Shown here in pieces: positions 39,987 through 49,671 of a stretch of DNA of 64,000 nt; the stretch's first letter is position 1, and every line of letters starts with the position of its first letter. Both the position numbers and the translations under genes were made by a program. The notes beneath the pieces are model-generated. The model was not told the origin of the DNA. It made no database searches and saw only the letters and a list, made by a program, of their open reading frames with translations. The DNA is from a virus. Location: IMG/VR virus record IMGVR_UViG_3300044910_000908, positions 1 through 64,000 of that record; one strand, written 5' to 3'.

Positions 39987-41048
39987 TTATTCTTGTTCTT
40001 CATTTAATAATTCAGATAATTCTTCTTCTACTTGATTTACAACTTCTGTGTCCTGTTGTAATAACTTAGGATGACTGAATAATTTCTGAACCAATTCTTC
40101 ATTCAATTGCTTACGTTGGAATTTAATATCTCCAGTTGGCAATGAACATGAATACCATGCTCCGCCTTTAGTCACAATACCATCTACTTCTAATGACTCA
40201 AGTAATCCTGAATAAGGAGACATACCAGTGGAATAAGGAACTTCAATTTCAACTTTAGAACCTAATTTAGCAAAACGAGTTTTAAAAGCTTCTACTCGCA
40301 TACGAATACCAATAACTGCGCTATCTTCTCGTAATTTTAATCTTGTAATTAAACCAATAATTGAAGGGAAAAAACGTGTTGAATTAGTAATTGCCCATTC
40401 ACCATCCCCTTTTAACGGGTCAGCTGGATAAACATGGTCGGTTAAAATAAAAGTAATCGGTAATCTAGCTATTCGAGATAAAATCATACGTAACATTGCT
40501 TTAGATCTTTTTGCTCTCTGACCCATGTCGCCTTTTACAACGCCTTCTTTATCATAATTAGTTTCTTCTGTTTCAGTAGAAAGCATTGCTAAACTATCTA
40601 AAAGCATTACAATTTTTGGAGCATCATAATTAAATCTTCCATATTCTTTTTCATAAGTTGAAAAGAATTCAGAACATATAGAGTTGACATCTTCAATTGT
40701 TCCTACTTGTAAATATGTTAAATGTTCTTCATCTGTTTTTACTCCAAGTTTCCCAAGAAATTCCAAATCAATAGCATTTTCACTATCCATTACCACAATA
40801 TGTGCTCCAGCATCTTGAGCACTTTTAAGAATATTAGAAGAAAGAAATGATTTACCAGATCCACTTGGCCCAACAAAAGCAGTAATACGTCCTTCTGGAA
40901 TACCTCGGAAAAAAGAACCTGATAAATTACGATTCAAAGCATAGTTACCAGTAGAATACCAGAAATTAGGCGCGCTAATTCCAACATTTACACCTTCAAT
41001 TTTTTCTAAACCTTTTTTGAAATTTTTAAGAAATCCTAAACTTGCCAT
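39987..41048 (-). CDS. uvsX: UvsX/RecA-like recombinase
   Basis: STGNYALN, GPSGSGKS, DSENA, LLDSLAML, KGDMGQRAK, KTRF. Confidence 0.95.
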   Translation of the reverse strand: MASLGFLKNFKKGLEKIEGVNVGISAPNFWYSTGNYALNRNLSGSFFRGIPEGRITAFVGPSGSGKSFLSSNILKSAQDAGAHIVVMDSENAIDLEFLGKLGVKTDEEHLTYLQVGTIEDVNSICSEFFSTYEKEYGRFNYDAPKIVMLLDSLAMLSTETEETNYDKEGVVKGDMGQRAKRSKAMLRMILSRIARLPITFILTDHVYPADPLKGDGEWAITNSTRFFPSIIGLITRLKLREDSAVIGIRMRVEAFKTRFAKLGSKVEIEVPYSTGMSPYSGLLESLEVDGIVTKGGAWYSCSLPTGDIKFQRKQLNEELVQKLFSHPKLLQQDTEVVNQVEEELSELLNEEQE

Positions 41049-41077
41049 ATATAGCCTCCATTTTTTGAATAAAAGAT

Positions 41078-41105
41078 ATCAGGATAGAATTAATTCTATC
41101 CTGAT
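41078..41105. terminator. Intrinsic terminator-like hairpin
   Basis: atcaggatagaat/attctatcctgat downstream of SSB. Confidence 0.65.
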
Positions 41106-41116
41106 TTTGGGGAGAT

Positions 41117-42043
41117 TTATTCGTCTTCTGATTGAGAAGCTGTTTGAGCAGCTTTTTGTTTTGCTCTTTCTCGTAATTGTGCTAAGACGTTAGAGTTAGA
41201 AGCTGACGCTGCTGCAGGTTCTTCACTTTTTGAAGTTGTTTCTTCAGTAGTAGTTGTTGTTGAAGTAGCAGTTTTTTGCTGTTCTTGTTCAACTTGTTTA
41301 GGAGTCGCAGCTGCAACATTACCACCAGTTTTAGCAGCCAATAGAAGAGTTTCAACTTCTGACATTGACATAGGACGTTGTCTATGAGTTTTCAAATCTA
41401 GCAATTCAATACCAGCAATTACATCTTCAGATAGAGCTGATTGTTTAGGTGCAAAGCTTGATGTTGTATAGCTATTGTTTTCACCAGATTTTGTTTTCTT
41501 AAATCTGAAATGATAACCTTCGAAAAAGTCATAAGGTTCTTTTTCCAAATCACCAGATTGGAATGCTGCTTGAATGATTTTGTAAATTTGTGGACCAAAA
41601 TCTACTAATTTTACCAATTGTTCTTGGTCATGTTCTACAGGTGATTCGATTACAATACCTTGACCAATATATGATACTTTTTTGTAGAATTTTTTACCTT
41701 CTGCTTCCCATTTAGCTTTTCCTACTAAATCTCCAGCGGCTTCACATTCTTTTGCTTTAGCATAAAGTTCTGCAGAATGCGTACAACATGGGCAAGAGCT
41801 TTCGCCATACATTTTAAGACATGGAATACGTTTCTTTTCGCCATTAACCCATAGTTCATGGATAACGTTTTCAACTAAGAAACCCATTGGGTTGTTTTCA
41901 TCAGCGTCAGGAAGGAAACGGAAGATTGAGGTAGAGTCCTCAGGTGCAGACCAGAAACGAAAATAACGAGAAGATGAATTGTTTTCATTGCCAGTTGTTT
42001 TTTGAGCAAATGCTGCTTTTAATGCTTCTAATTTTGTTGTCAT
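41117..42043 (-). CDS. gp32-like single-stranded DNA-binding protein
   Basis: FRFLPD, H...PCLKMYG..CPCC zinc site, YTTSSF, acidic/low-complexity tail; adjacent to uvsX. Confidence 0.9.
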   Translation of the reverse strand: MTTKLEALKAAFAQKTTGNENNSSSRYFRFWSAPEDSTSIFRFLPDADENNPMGFLVENVIHELWVNGEKKRIPCLKMYGESSCPCCTHSAELYAKAKECEAAGDLVGKAKWEAEGKKFYKKVSYIGQGIVIESPVEHDQEQLVKLVDFGPQIYKIIQAAFQSGDLEKEPYDFFEGYHFRFKKTKSGENNSYTTSSFAPKQSALSEDVIAGIELLDLKTHRQRPMSMSEVETLLLAAKTGGNVAAATPKQVEQEQQKTATSTTTTTEETTSKSEEPAAASASNSNVLAQLRERAKQKAAQTASQSEDE

Positions 42044-42226
42044 AAATTTTATATCCTATAAAGTTGTTTAAAATCGTAAAGTTGTTTTCTTAAAATACAA
42101 GTTATTTATAAAAAACTTGTATATCTATTTATATGAAATTTACATGGCCGTCACTCGCCTCCATTAAAATTAAATTTATATCATCAATTGAATTTACATT
42201 ATATCACAAATTGATGTAAATGTAAA

Positions 42227-42667
42227 TTAAAATTTTGCAAAATGTCTATATTTTTTTGTGATGAGTTCTTCTTGACATTCTAGAACATCACGTTCTAATG
42301 ATAAATGATTATCAACAATTGTGAATGGCTCTACAATTCCGGTGCATCTAGAATATTTTATTTTTTCACTTACTATTATTTTATTTAATTTTTTAACTAA
42401 TAATAAACCTAATATATTACTTCTAATTGCAGTATTAATGGTAATACAATCATCAATAACTTTAAAGTATTCTTTTCCAATACCTTGTAATGTTGTAATA
42501 TTTGCATGTATAAAATTAACATATCCATGACTTTCTTGAATATTAGATAATTTGTTTATATGCCCAATATAAATGTCATCTAAAAAGGAAATACCCTCAA
42601 GTATTTCAGGTAAAGTTTTAAAATCAACTTTTCTACCATGAATAAAATGATGACGCGGACTTATCAT
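42227..42667 (-). CDS. Paralog-family protein (LRR-like)
   Basis: ITTLQGIG, SNILGLLLVKKL, DVLECQEELITKKYRHFAKF. Confidence 0.7.
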   Translation of the reverse strand: MISPRHHFIHGRKVDFKTLPEILEGISFLDDIYIGHINKLSNIQESHGYVNFIHANITTLQGIGKEYFKVIDDCITINTAIRSNILGLLLVKKLNKIIVSEKIKYSRCTGIVEPFTIVDNHLSLERDVLECQEELITKKYRHFAKF

Positions 42668-43095
42668 TATCTTGCTTGATGTTTATAACCATTAATAATT
42701 AATTCTTCCTGACATTCTAATATATCAAAAGTTGTTTGATATTTTTTAAGAATATTCATGGGTTTTTCATCAATAGGATTAGGTTTCCAAAATGAACGAG
42801 ATATAAAATAAAAGCCATGTAAATATCTAACTTTTAGAATACTTAACATATGAGATTTAATATTATATGGCAATTCTAAAGTTCCATGAATAGTTTTAAA
42901 ATATCTAGAACCCATACCTTCAAGTGTTTGTAAATTTTGCAATCTAGATAAATCAACATTACCACGAACTATTTTTGTTTTAAGACCTTTAAGATGAGTA
43001 ATGATTTGATTTCTTTCACCGAAATCAAATACTAATCCTTCATGAATTTCCTCAGGAAGATTTTTTAATTCAGATAATTTAGTTACGTAAATCAT
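42667..43095 (-). CDS. Paralog-family protein (LRR-like)
   Basis: ITHLKGL, LQTLEGMG, DILECQEELIINGYKH. Confidence 0.7.
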   Translation of the reverse strand: MIYVTKLSELKNLPEEIHEGLVFDFGERNQIITHLKGLKTKIVRGNVDLSRLQNLQTLEGMGSRYFKTIHGTLELPYNIKSHMLSILKVRYLHGFYFISRSFWKPNPIDEKPMNILKKYQTTFDILECQEELIINGYKHQAR

Positions 43096-43266
43096 ACTTT
43101 TATAATATAACCTAATTCAAATAATAAGAAAAATGCAGAAAGCAATGACATAACAATCATTAATATTTTTATACTGGTATCAAGACTACAATCACTTCTC
43201 CAAAATACAGCAAATACTACATAAATTATTAAGTTTAAAATTAAATATAAAAATAACATTTTTTAA

Positions 43267-44364
43267 TTAACCTCTTGTATTATTAATAATTCTAATACTA
43301 TCTACTTCTGAATATCTAATACTTTGGGTAGAATAGTATTGATTAGTTACTACTTCTAGAGACATAGTTTTATCTTCACGTTGATGGATACGTTGTTCAA
43401 GCAAATATAATGGAGACATAAATTCAAATCCAATAATGTAATAATTATGTTGTCTCAAAATAGTAACCCATTGTCTTCTAGATTTTGGGCTTAGATTTGT
43501 ATTGTCAATAATAATATTTTTATTTTGTTTAATAAATTCATTGAATTTTTTTCTAGTATATTCATTGAATTTTTCTGCATGTTCATTACAATAATTCCAA
43601 GCTTGTTTATATAGTTCTTTTATATTTGTTGTATGTTCTGGAAATATGTTAGAATAATATTCAATTCTATAATTATCAAAACTAAAGATAACAGTATTAG
43701 CATCTTGCATTAATTTTTCAGAAACTGTGCTTTTTCCAGAACCAGAAGGACCAACCAAAATATAAGCAGTTAGACCTGAATTATGTTTTTGATCTTGTTC
43801 TTGGAGATATAGAGTTTCATTAACCCAATTAGTAACAAATGGAATTTTACTATCTTCAGTAATTCTCCCACCAGCATCTGATAATAGAACATCAGCAAAC
43901 ATTTGAAGATTTCCAGTCAATGCTCTTGTACTATCAATTCTAAAATCATTATAACATTTTCTACCATAAGGCAAATGATTTTCAATCATCCATCTTACTT
44001 GACGAATTTGCAAATCAGTTAAACCAAAATTGTTATTAGATAATACATAATCTTCAAATATTCTAGCAGATACTAGTTCATGTCCAGCATATGATTTATG
44101 CTGACCACGTTTTTCTGTAAATTTTTCTACTTCACATTTTGGTTTACCAACATCATGAAATAGAAGAGCCAATTGAGAAAGTAGTCTTTCATTTTCACTT
44201 CTATTTAGAAAGAAGTGTTCTTTATAAAAACGAAGTGTCATTTGTGTATGGACGGCAGTATTTTCTTCTCTATGATAAGGAGAATTTTCCTGAGTCATGA
44301 GCATGTGATGCCAGTATGATGTTTTAGTAAAGTTATGATAGATGTCTTCAAATTGTGTAGTCAT
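43267..44364 (-). CDS. HD-domain phosphohydrolase fused to P-loop polynucleotide kinase
   Basis: YHREE..VHT, LFHDVGK, GHE..S; GPSGSGKST, IIDNTNL...R. Confidence 0.88.
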   Translation of the reverse strand: MTTQFEDIYHNFTKTSYWHHMLMTQENSPYHREENTAVHTQMTLRFYKEHFFLNRSENERLLSQLALLFHDVGKPKCEVEKFTEKRGQHKSYAGHELVSARIFEDYVLSNNNFGLTDLQIRQVRWMIENHLPYGRKCYNDFRIDSTRALTGNLQMFADVLLSDAGGRITEDSKIPFVTNWVNETLYLQEQDQKHNSGLTAYILVGPSGSGKSTVSEKLMQDANTVIFSFDNYRIEYYSNIFPEHTTNIKELYKQAWNYCNEHAEKFNEYTRKKFNEFIKQNKNIIIDNTNLSPKSRRQWVTILRQHNYYIIGFEFMSPLYLLEQRIHQREDKTMSLEVVTNQYYSTQSIRYSEVDSIRIINNTRG

Positions 44365-44407
44365 TTTATGTCCTCTGGTGAAATCATAAATACATCATAT
44401 CACAACT

Positions 44408-44866
44408 ATGGAGAAAAGTAAAATGAAAAATTATTCAATTGATGCATCAGTTCCTAATAGATTATGTCTTCCTATTCTTGAACAATTTCCTGATGTTCCT
44501 ATTATGGGTGAAATTGTTTTTTTTAATCAATACCCTAGAGAAGGCATTTATATTTTTGTTGGTGATGGTTGGAAGCCGTTATTTTCAACAGAAAATAACA
44601 TTTGGGCAGCTCCAATTGTTGCAGAACCTGAACAAGTCATTTTTGAATTGAATGTTGAGTATAATACTGATGGCAAATCGATTGTTGTATATAAGGATAG
44701 GGTAAGATTACTCCCTACAGAATTTGCTGAAGTTGCTAATAATCTCATTGCATGGAAAGGAGATGACCTTATTGGTGGAGAAGTTTTTGAATTCCAAATC
44801 TTTAATAAAAAAATACATTCGGTATTTGACATTAAAGCCTTTAATAGACGCAAGGGTATATGCTAG
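44408..44866 (+). CDS. Hypothetical protein, possibly virion structural (start may be 44423)
   Basis: Plus-strand gene with CATAAATA at 44385-44392; GEIVF...GIYIFVGDGW resembles tail-fibre-type modules. Confidence 0.6.
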   Translation: MEKSKMKNYSIDASVPNRLCLPILEQFPDVPIMGEIVFFNQYPREGIYIFVGDGWKPLFSTENNIWAAPIVAEPEQVIFELNVEYNTDGKSIVVYKDRVRLLPTEFAEVANNLIAWKGDDLIGGEVFEFQIFNKKIHSVFDIKAFNRRKGIC

Positions 44867-44957
44867 AGTCACTGGTTTTGTGTAACCTATTATAACATAT
44901 TGGTGACTTTTATAAAGGTCGCCATGATAATCTCTGTTCTTATTCATTCTTCTAATT

Positions 44958-44995
44958 AAAATGGCTTATTCTTTTATTTAAAGATAAGCCATTTT
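44958..44995. terminator. Intrinsic terminator-like hairpin
   Basis: aaaatggcttat/ataagccatttt followed by T-tract. Confidence 0.65.
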
Positions 44996-45020
44996 TGTTT
45001 TTAAAGTCTTCTCTTACGAA

Positions 45021-45201
45021 AAAGTACACAACTATATTACGGCCTTGTTTTTTGATAAAATTTTTCTGATTTGCCGGAGCTCATGTTATTGATTTAATTC
45101 CTGTTATCCAAGAAAGTACACAACTAATGCTATCCCCTGTATTTTTATTTAAAATGATATTTTTCGTAAAATTTTTTGGCGAGATTTTTTCGTAAAATTT
45201 T
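45021..45201. repeat. Two pairs of direct repeats in a long non-coding gap
   Basis: aaagtacacaacta at 45021 and 45113; tttttcgtaaaatttt at 45160 and 45186. Confidence 0.8.
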
Positions 45202-45449
45202 ATAAGCAGAGGAAAAATTCTTTTTTATAAATTACTTGAAAAAGACATGTTATGCGAAATTCGTTATCTTTATGTCATGTGATAAATTATATCAATTTTA
45301 AAAACCTGGTATTCATGGCGTTATTTCTAGAAGAATAGGTATAATAACTATAAGGTCGATTTCTGCATGTATAGCCATGATTATCTGACAGGAGTTTTTA
45401 TTTTTATGTATAGAATAGTGTCTTTTTTAATATTTTTTAGATAAAAATA

Positions 45450-45476
45450 AAGGAGAGATTTTTTAGGTCTCTCCTT
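45450..45476 (-). terminator. Intrinsic terminator
   Basis: aaggagaga/tctctcctt with T-rich tail on minus strand, downstream of 45503 gene. Confidence 0.65.
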
Positions 45477-45502
45477 ATTTACATGTTATAAAAGATTAAA
45501 TG

Positions 45503-48214
45503 TTATTTAAGTTCATCTTCTACTATTCCAACAATTACTTCAGCTATACCAGCAAATTTATTTGTGATTTCACCTAGTAATTCAGGATCCATTTTTTCTT
45601 TCATTTGTTGTCTAAAAGATTTCATACCTGCATTAATACTAATATAAACTGCATTAATTTTTTCATTACTAAATTGATTAATCCATAATGCAAATACAAT
45701 TTCTCTCATAAAGTTTTCTAATAAACTTACTTTAGAAGATGGGTCAGCTACAATTTTATCATCTTTTAAAATTTTAACATTATAATCATCTTTAAGAATA
45801 TATTTGTCAGCACTTTCTTGGTCAACAATTTTATGCATAATTAAATCAGTTAAATCTTCTCTAAATTTACTCAAATCTACATTGTTTATGAAATTAATGA
45901 AATCACTATTTTCAGCAGCTGAAGTTGTGGCAGCTGCATCAAAATGTTCTTCAACAATATCCATTAAACTTGAAGAGCGAGTATTAACTGCTTTTTTATA
46001 GAAAATATTTTCACCAATATCAATATCGGAACTATTCATAATCCAAGCTTTTAAATCATTCATAAATTCATCAGATTCTAAACCGCCATGTTTAACAAAA
46101 ATAAATGATAAATTACGTTTAAAATTTTTAAATATTTTATCTCTAACTCCATCTTCAACTTTTGCTAATTCTTTTGCTGATAAATTATCTAATTGTTTTC
46201 TTCTTATAGAATTTATTGCTCTTTGTAAAGATTTGCTAAGCCCATAATAGAACATTGTGTATTCACGTGGAGATATCCAGACATCAGTTCCTAAATCTAT
46301 ATGGAATGGACGTTCTTTTAATGGAATAGTATGTTGTTTAGATTGAAATTTATTAGCAAATTTCTTAATAATATCTAATGATATTTCTTGAGTAATATCT
46401 TCAGTTTTTGGAACTTTTTTATCTTTTAAATATTCCATTGTTGCATTCCAATCTGCACCTGCATCAACAATATCTAATACATCACGCATATGTTTAGTTA
46501 ATTCTTGAGCACCAACATCATGAGGATTAATCGCAGCTATCATCATTGCTTCTTCTGGCAATTTTAATAATTCACCATGTTCTGAACTAGGACCAAAATT
46601 CTTTTCTAATAATACTCTACGAATTGCATTAAAAACTTTTGGACTATTTCTATTTAATTCATCAAAGAAAATTAAGTATTTAACTTTACGTTTTTTATAT
46701 TCTTCAATTTTTTCCTGATAATCATCTGGATTATCTTGTTTTAATGTATAAAAATAAACTTTATCTTCTTCATGAATTTTTTCTAGTATTTGTTGATATA
46801 AACTAGGAATAGAAAAAGAAGTTTCAATTTTACCTGAACCATCTTTTTTTGGTATTGGCAAACCAACAACATCTTCTGCGTTAATAGTAGATACATCTAT
46901 ATCAATAAATCTTAAATTCATTTTTTTTGCTATTGAAGTAGCTTGAGCTGTTTTACCAATACCTGGAGGACCAGCTATAACTGGAACATAAGTTCGATAT
47001 TTAGAACCAAGTTTTTCGCGCATTTCAATTTGATGTTTTAAAGTATCTTTCCATTCAGTAATATCATTAACAGCACTATGACTAACTTCAATATTAGAAG
47101 TTTGTTTAATCAATTCAGCAGTTGCTTTTAATACTTTGTTAACAAGTTCAGAATGACTTCCAGATAAATAATTTCTAAAATTTAATTTCACATTTGATAA
47201 TAAATTTTTAGCATCTTTTTCATCCTTAACAGGTAATGCTTCATTAATATAAAGCAATAATTGTTCCCATCTACGAGGAGATGTTCTAACTTCACTTTCA
47301 ATATCTTCATGACTAATATCTTCATCTTCTAAAATATGATGAAATTTATTAATAATTTGAGGTTTTAATTTAATATGTTCATCCTTCTCAAATTTATATA
47401 CTAACCAAGAAAACCATTCACCTTTTTTAGGAGCTTCCATTTCAACATGTTCAAATTGTGTATTTGTAGGAATTTCATCAACACCTTGATCACCTAAATT
47501 AGTAGCATATACAATATATGTATTTTTTGGAATAGTATGAGCACCTATTTTACCATTTAATATTCCACGTAACATATTACGAATACGCATAGATGTTTGT
47601 CTAAAAAATTCATCTAAAAATAAAATAACATTGTAAGAATTTCTAACTTCTTTAAATTCATCAGGTATTGTTGTTTCATTACCACCAAAATATTCAAACA
47701 ATTCAATAATATCTTTACCAGATCTATAAATTGCTGATAAATATTCACTATCTGGAATTTTACGAGCATGCTTAATTAATGAATATAAATTACTATCAGC
47801 TAATTCAACTTTATATTCATCACCAGTTAATTGAGTATTTCCACCCTTCTTATTATCTGACAAACCATCAAAAACAATAAATGGGATATTAATAATATGT
47901 TCTTCAACAATATGTGGAGCTTCAATAACAATTAATTCAATACCTAATAATCTTGAAAATAAAGTGATACGCTGAGTTTTTCCAGTTCCAGGCTCCCCAC
48001 TTAAAAGAATTCCATGATATTGATCAAATGCTTGATTATTATCCATACTATCAAAAATATTTTCAAATAATTCTATAGTTTGTTCCATTCCAACAGTTGA
48101 TGGAACAAATTCTTGTATATCTTCTTGTTTACTCATATCATCATTTTCCTGTGTTTTTTTAGGACGGGCCATTTCGTTAAGCAATTGTTGTTTTAAATTT
48201 GATTTTTTTTCCAT
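45503..48214 (-). CDS. Tandem double AAA+ ATPase (MoxR-like)
   Basis: GEPGTGKT/LFLDEFFR/ATN/SPRRW and GPPGIGKT/IFFDELNR/AAINP/SPREY. Confidence 0.88.
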   Translation of the reverse strand: MEKKSNLKQQLLNEMARPKKTQENDDMSKQEDIQEFVPSTVGMEQTIELFENIFDSMDNNQAFDQYHGILLSGEPGTGKTQRITLFSRLLGIELIVIEAPHIVEEHIINIPFIVFDGLSDNKKGGNTQLTGDEYKVELADSNLYSLIKHARKIPDSEYLSAIYRSGKDIIELFEYFGGNETTIPDEFKEVRNSYNVILFLDEFFRQTSMRIRNMLRGILNGKIGAHTIPKNTYIVYATNLGDQGVDEIPTNTQFEHVEMEAPKKGEWFSWLVYKFEKDEHIKLKPQIINKFHHILEDEDISHEDIESEVRTSPRRWEQLLLYINEALPVKDEKDAKNLLSNVKLNFRNYLSGSHSELVNKVLKATAELIKQTSNIEVSHSAVNDITEWKDTLKHQIEMREKLGSKYRTYVPVIAGPPGIGKTAQATSIAKKMNLRFIDIDVSTINAEDVVGLPIPKKDGSGKIETSFSIPSLYQQILEKIHEEDKVYFYTLKQDNPDDYQEKIEEYKKRKVKYLIFFDELNRNSPKVFNAIRRVLLEKNFGPSSEHGELLKLPEEAMMIAAINPHDVGAQELTKHMRDVLDIVDAGADWNATMEYLKDKKVPKTEDITQEISLDIIKKFANKFQSKQHTIPLKERPFHIDLGTDVWISPREYTMFYYGLSKSLQRAINSIRRKQLDNLSAKELAKVEDGVRDKIFKNFKRNLSFIFVKHGGLESDEFMNDLKAWIMNSSDIDIGENIFYKKAVNTRSSSLMDIVEEHFDAAATTSAAENSDFINFINNVDLSKFREDLTDLIMHKIVDQESADKYILKDDYNVKILKDDKIVADPSSKVSLLENFMREIVFALWINQFSNEKINAVYISINAGMKSFRQQMKEKMDPELLGEITNKFAGIAEVIVGIVEDELK

Positions 48215-48245
48215 TATAACACCTAATAAGTCCTTTGTAAAATTT

Positions 48246-48443
48246 TTAATTACCTTTTTTAATTTTATGATATAGCTTAGGATTTCTAGAACGAATATCC
48301 TTTAAATGTTCTATAAACTCTGGCGTCCAGTCTTCTTTCGAAATGCCGATTGGTCTTTCAATATCATCAGAAGAACTATCTTCTTCAAATAATACACTCT
48401 CATTTGCTAATTTGTTTTGATTATGAAAAAAATTCAATTTCAT
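48246..48443 (-). CDS. Small hypothetical protein
   Basis: AGGA SD; late-promoter-like motif upstream. Confidence 0.55.
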   Translation of the reverse strand: MKLNFFHNQNKLANESVLFEEDSSSDDIERPIGISKEDWTPEFIEHLKDIRSRNPKLYHKIKKGN

Positions 48444-48506
48444 TGTCTACTTCCTTTAAAAATTATGTTTATTTTTTATTTATCTTATTCCAAACTTTAA
48501 ACAAAA

Positions 48507-48535
48507 AAATAGGGAATTAAATTAATTCCCTATTT
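48507..48535. terminator. Intrinsic terminator
   Basis: aaatagggaatta/taattccctattt with T-tract on minus strand. Confidence 0.65.
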
Positions 48536-48552
48536 CATTTAAAAAATTTTTA

Positions 48553-48795
48553 TTACTCTGTTTTTGCGATTTCTTCACCAACAACTTCTTCAACAGTTTT
48601 AACTTCAACAATTGGTTCCTCTACTTTAACTTCTTCTTTAACAATAACAACTTCTTCTTTTTTCTCAACTTTAGGTTGTTTTTCTTTCTTTTCAGATTTA
48701 ACTTCACCTAATTTTGCTTGTAATTGTTCAGCAACTCCAGCTAAAGTTTCATTATCTTTTACAACTTTTAATAATTTTTCATAATCTTGTGACAT
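48553..48795 (-). CDS. Small E/K/V-rich protein
   Basis: GGAG SD; TATAAATA at 48835-48842. Confidence 0.6.
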   Translation of the reverse strand: MSQDYEKLLKVVKDNETLAGVAEQLQAKLGEVKSEKKEKQPKVEKKEEVVIVKEEVKVEEPIVEVKTVEEVVGEEIAKTE

Positions 48796-48837
48796 TATAT
48801 AATCTCCATATTAAATTTTTATTAACCAAAAATATAT

Positions 48838-49563
48838 TTATAAAATTACTAAACTAGTTCCACAATTTGGACAGAATTTAGAGCTTTGTTTATTTTTTCT
48901 ACCACATGTTGAGCATATAGGATTATCTTTTACAGTGATAGGTTTTTCAATTTTTGTATTATGAATTGATTGACCTTTTAATTTTAGTATAATACTATCA
49001 GTATTTAATTCATATTGTTTAATATTTGTCACAACTGAAAACTCTTGATTAGAAATTCCACCTGGAACAGTTATACCATCATTAGAATTACTGGAATAAC
49101 TAACAGCACGCAAAATTGGATTGCTATGATAGTTGTTGCAAGTAATTGGCGGAATGTAATATGGTTGTGGTCCATATAATGGTGCTGGAACATGAAGAGG
49201 ATATGTTATTTTTTCAAATTGGTAATCAATTTTTATTAAACCATCTTCTAATTGATTACCTCTAAAATTTTCTATTTCAGAAGTTTTTTCAATAAATTTG
49301 AATTTATTTCCTTGATTTAAATTATTATTTTTTATAAATCTTTCTATTTCAATAGTTTCATTGGCATTAATTATTAATTCATGATTATCTAATACAGAAT
49401 TTCCATCAATAAATATTTTTACTTTACAAGAAACAGAATTCAGATTTTTTAATATGATTGAATAAGTAGAACCAAATGGTAAATAAACTTCTTCACCATT
49501 ATATTCTCTTAAAATATTTCCATTGCATTTTAAAGACACAACAAATTTTTTATGATATACCAT
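48838..49563 (-). CDS. Hypothetical protein with C-terminal zinc ribbon
   Basis: VYLPFGSTYSI...IDG...ERF; C-terminal CSTCG...FCPNCG; AAGGAG SD. Confidence 0.75.
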   Translation of the reverse strand: MVYHKKFVVSLKCNGNILREYNGEEVYLPFGSTYSIILKNLNSVSCKVKIFIDGNSVLDNHELIINANETIEIERFIKNNNLNQGNKFKFIEKTSEIENFRGNQLEDGLIKIDYQFEKITYPLHVPAPLYGPQPYYIPPITCNNYHSNPILRAVSYSSNSNDGITVPGGISNQEFSVVTNIKQYELNTDSIILKLKGQSIHNTKIEKPITVKDNPICSTCGRKNKQSSKFCPNCGTSLVIL

Positions 49564-49584
49564 GTTATTTCTCCTTTTTGAAAC

Positions 49585-49623
49585 GGCATACAGAGTAAAT
49601 GCCCAAAATGTTTAAAACTCTGT
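49585..49623 (-). promoter_or_regulatory. Candidate H-type RNA pseudoknot in 5' leader
   Basis: Minus-strand order ACAGAGU..GGCAU..ACUCUGU-AUGCC, about 10 nt before the SD. Confidence 0.55.
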
Positions 49624-49630
49624 TAAAAAA

Positions 49631-49660
49631 TTAAGACCTTCGATATAATGAAGGTCTTAA
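49631..49660 (-). terminator. Intrinsic terminator-like hairpin
   Basis: ttaagaccttc/gaaggtcttaa followed by T6 on minus strand. Confidence 0.65.
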
Positions 49661-49671
49661 TTAAAATATAT

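Noticed and set aside
45021-45126. aaagtacacaacta pair as a mini-CRISPR
   Set aside because: Only two 14-bp copies 92 bp apart, not palindromic, no cas genes
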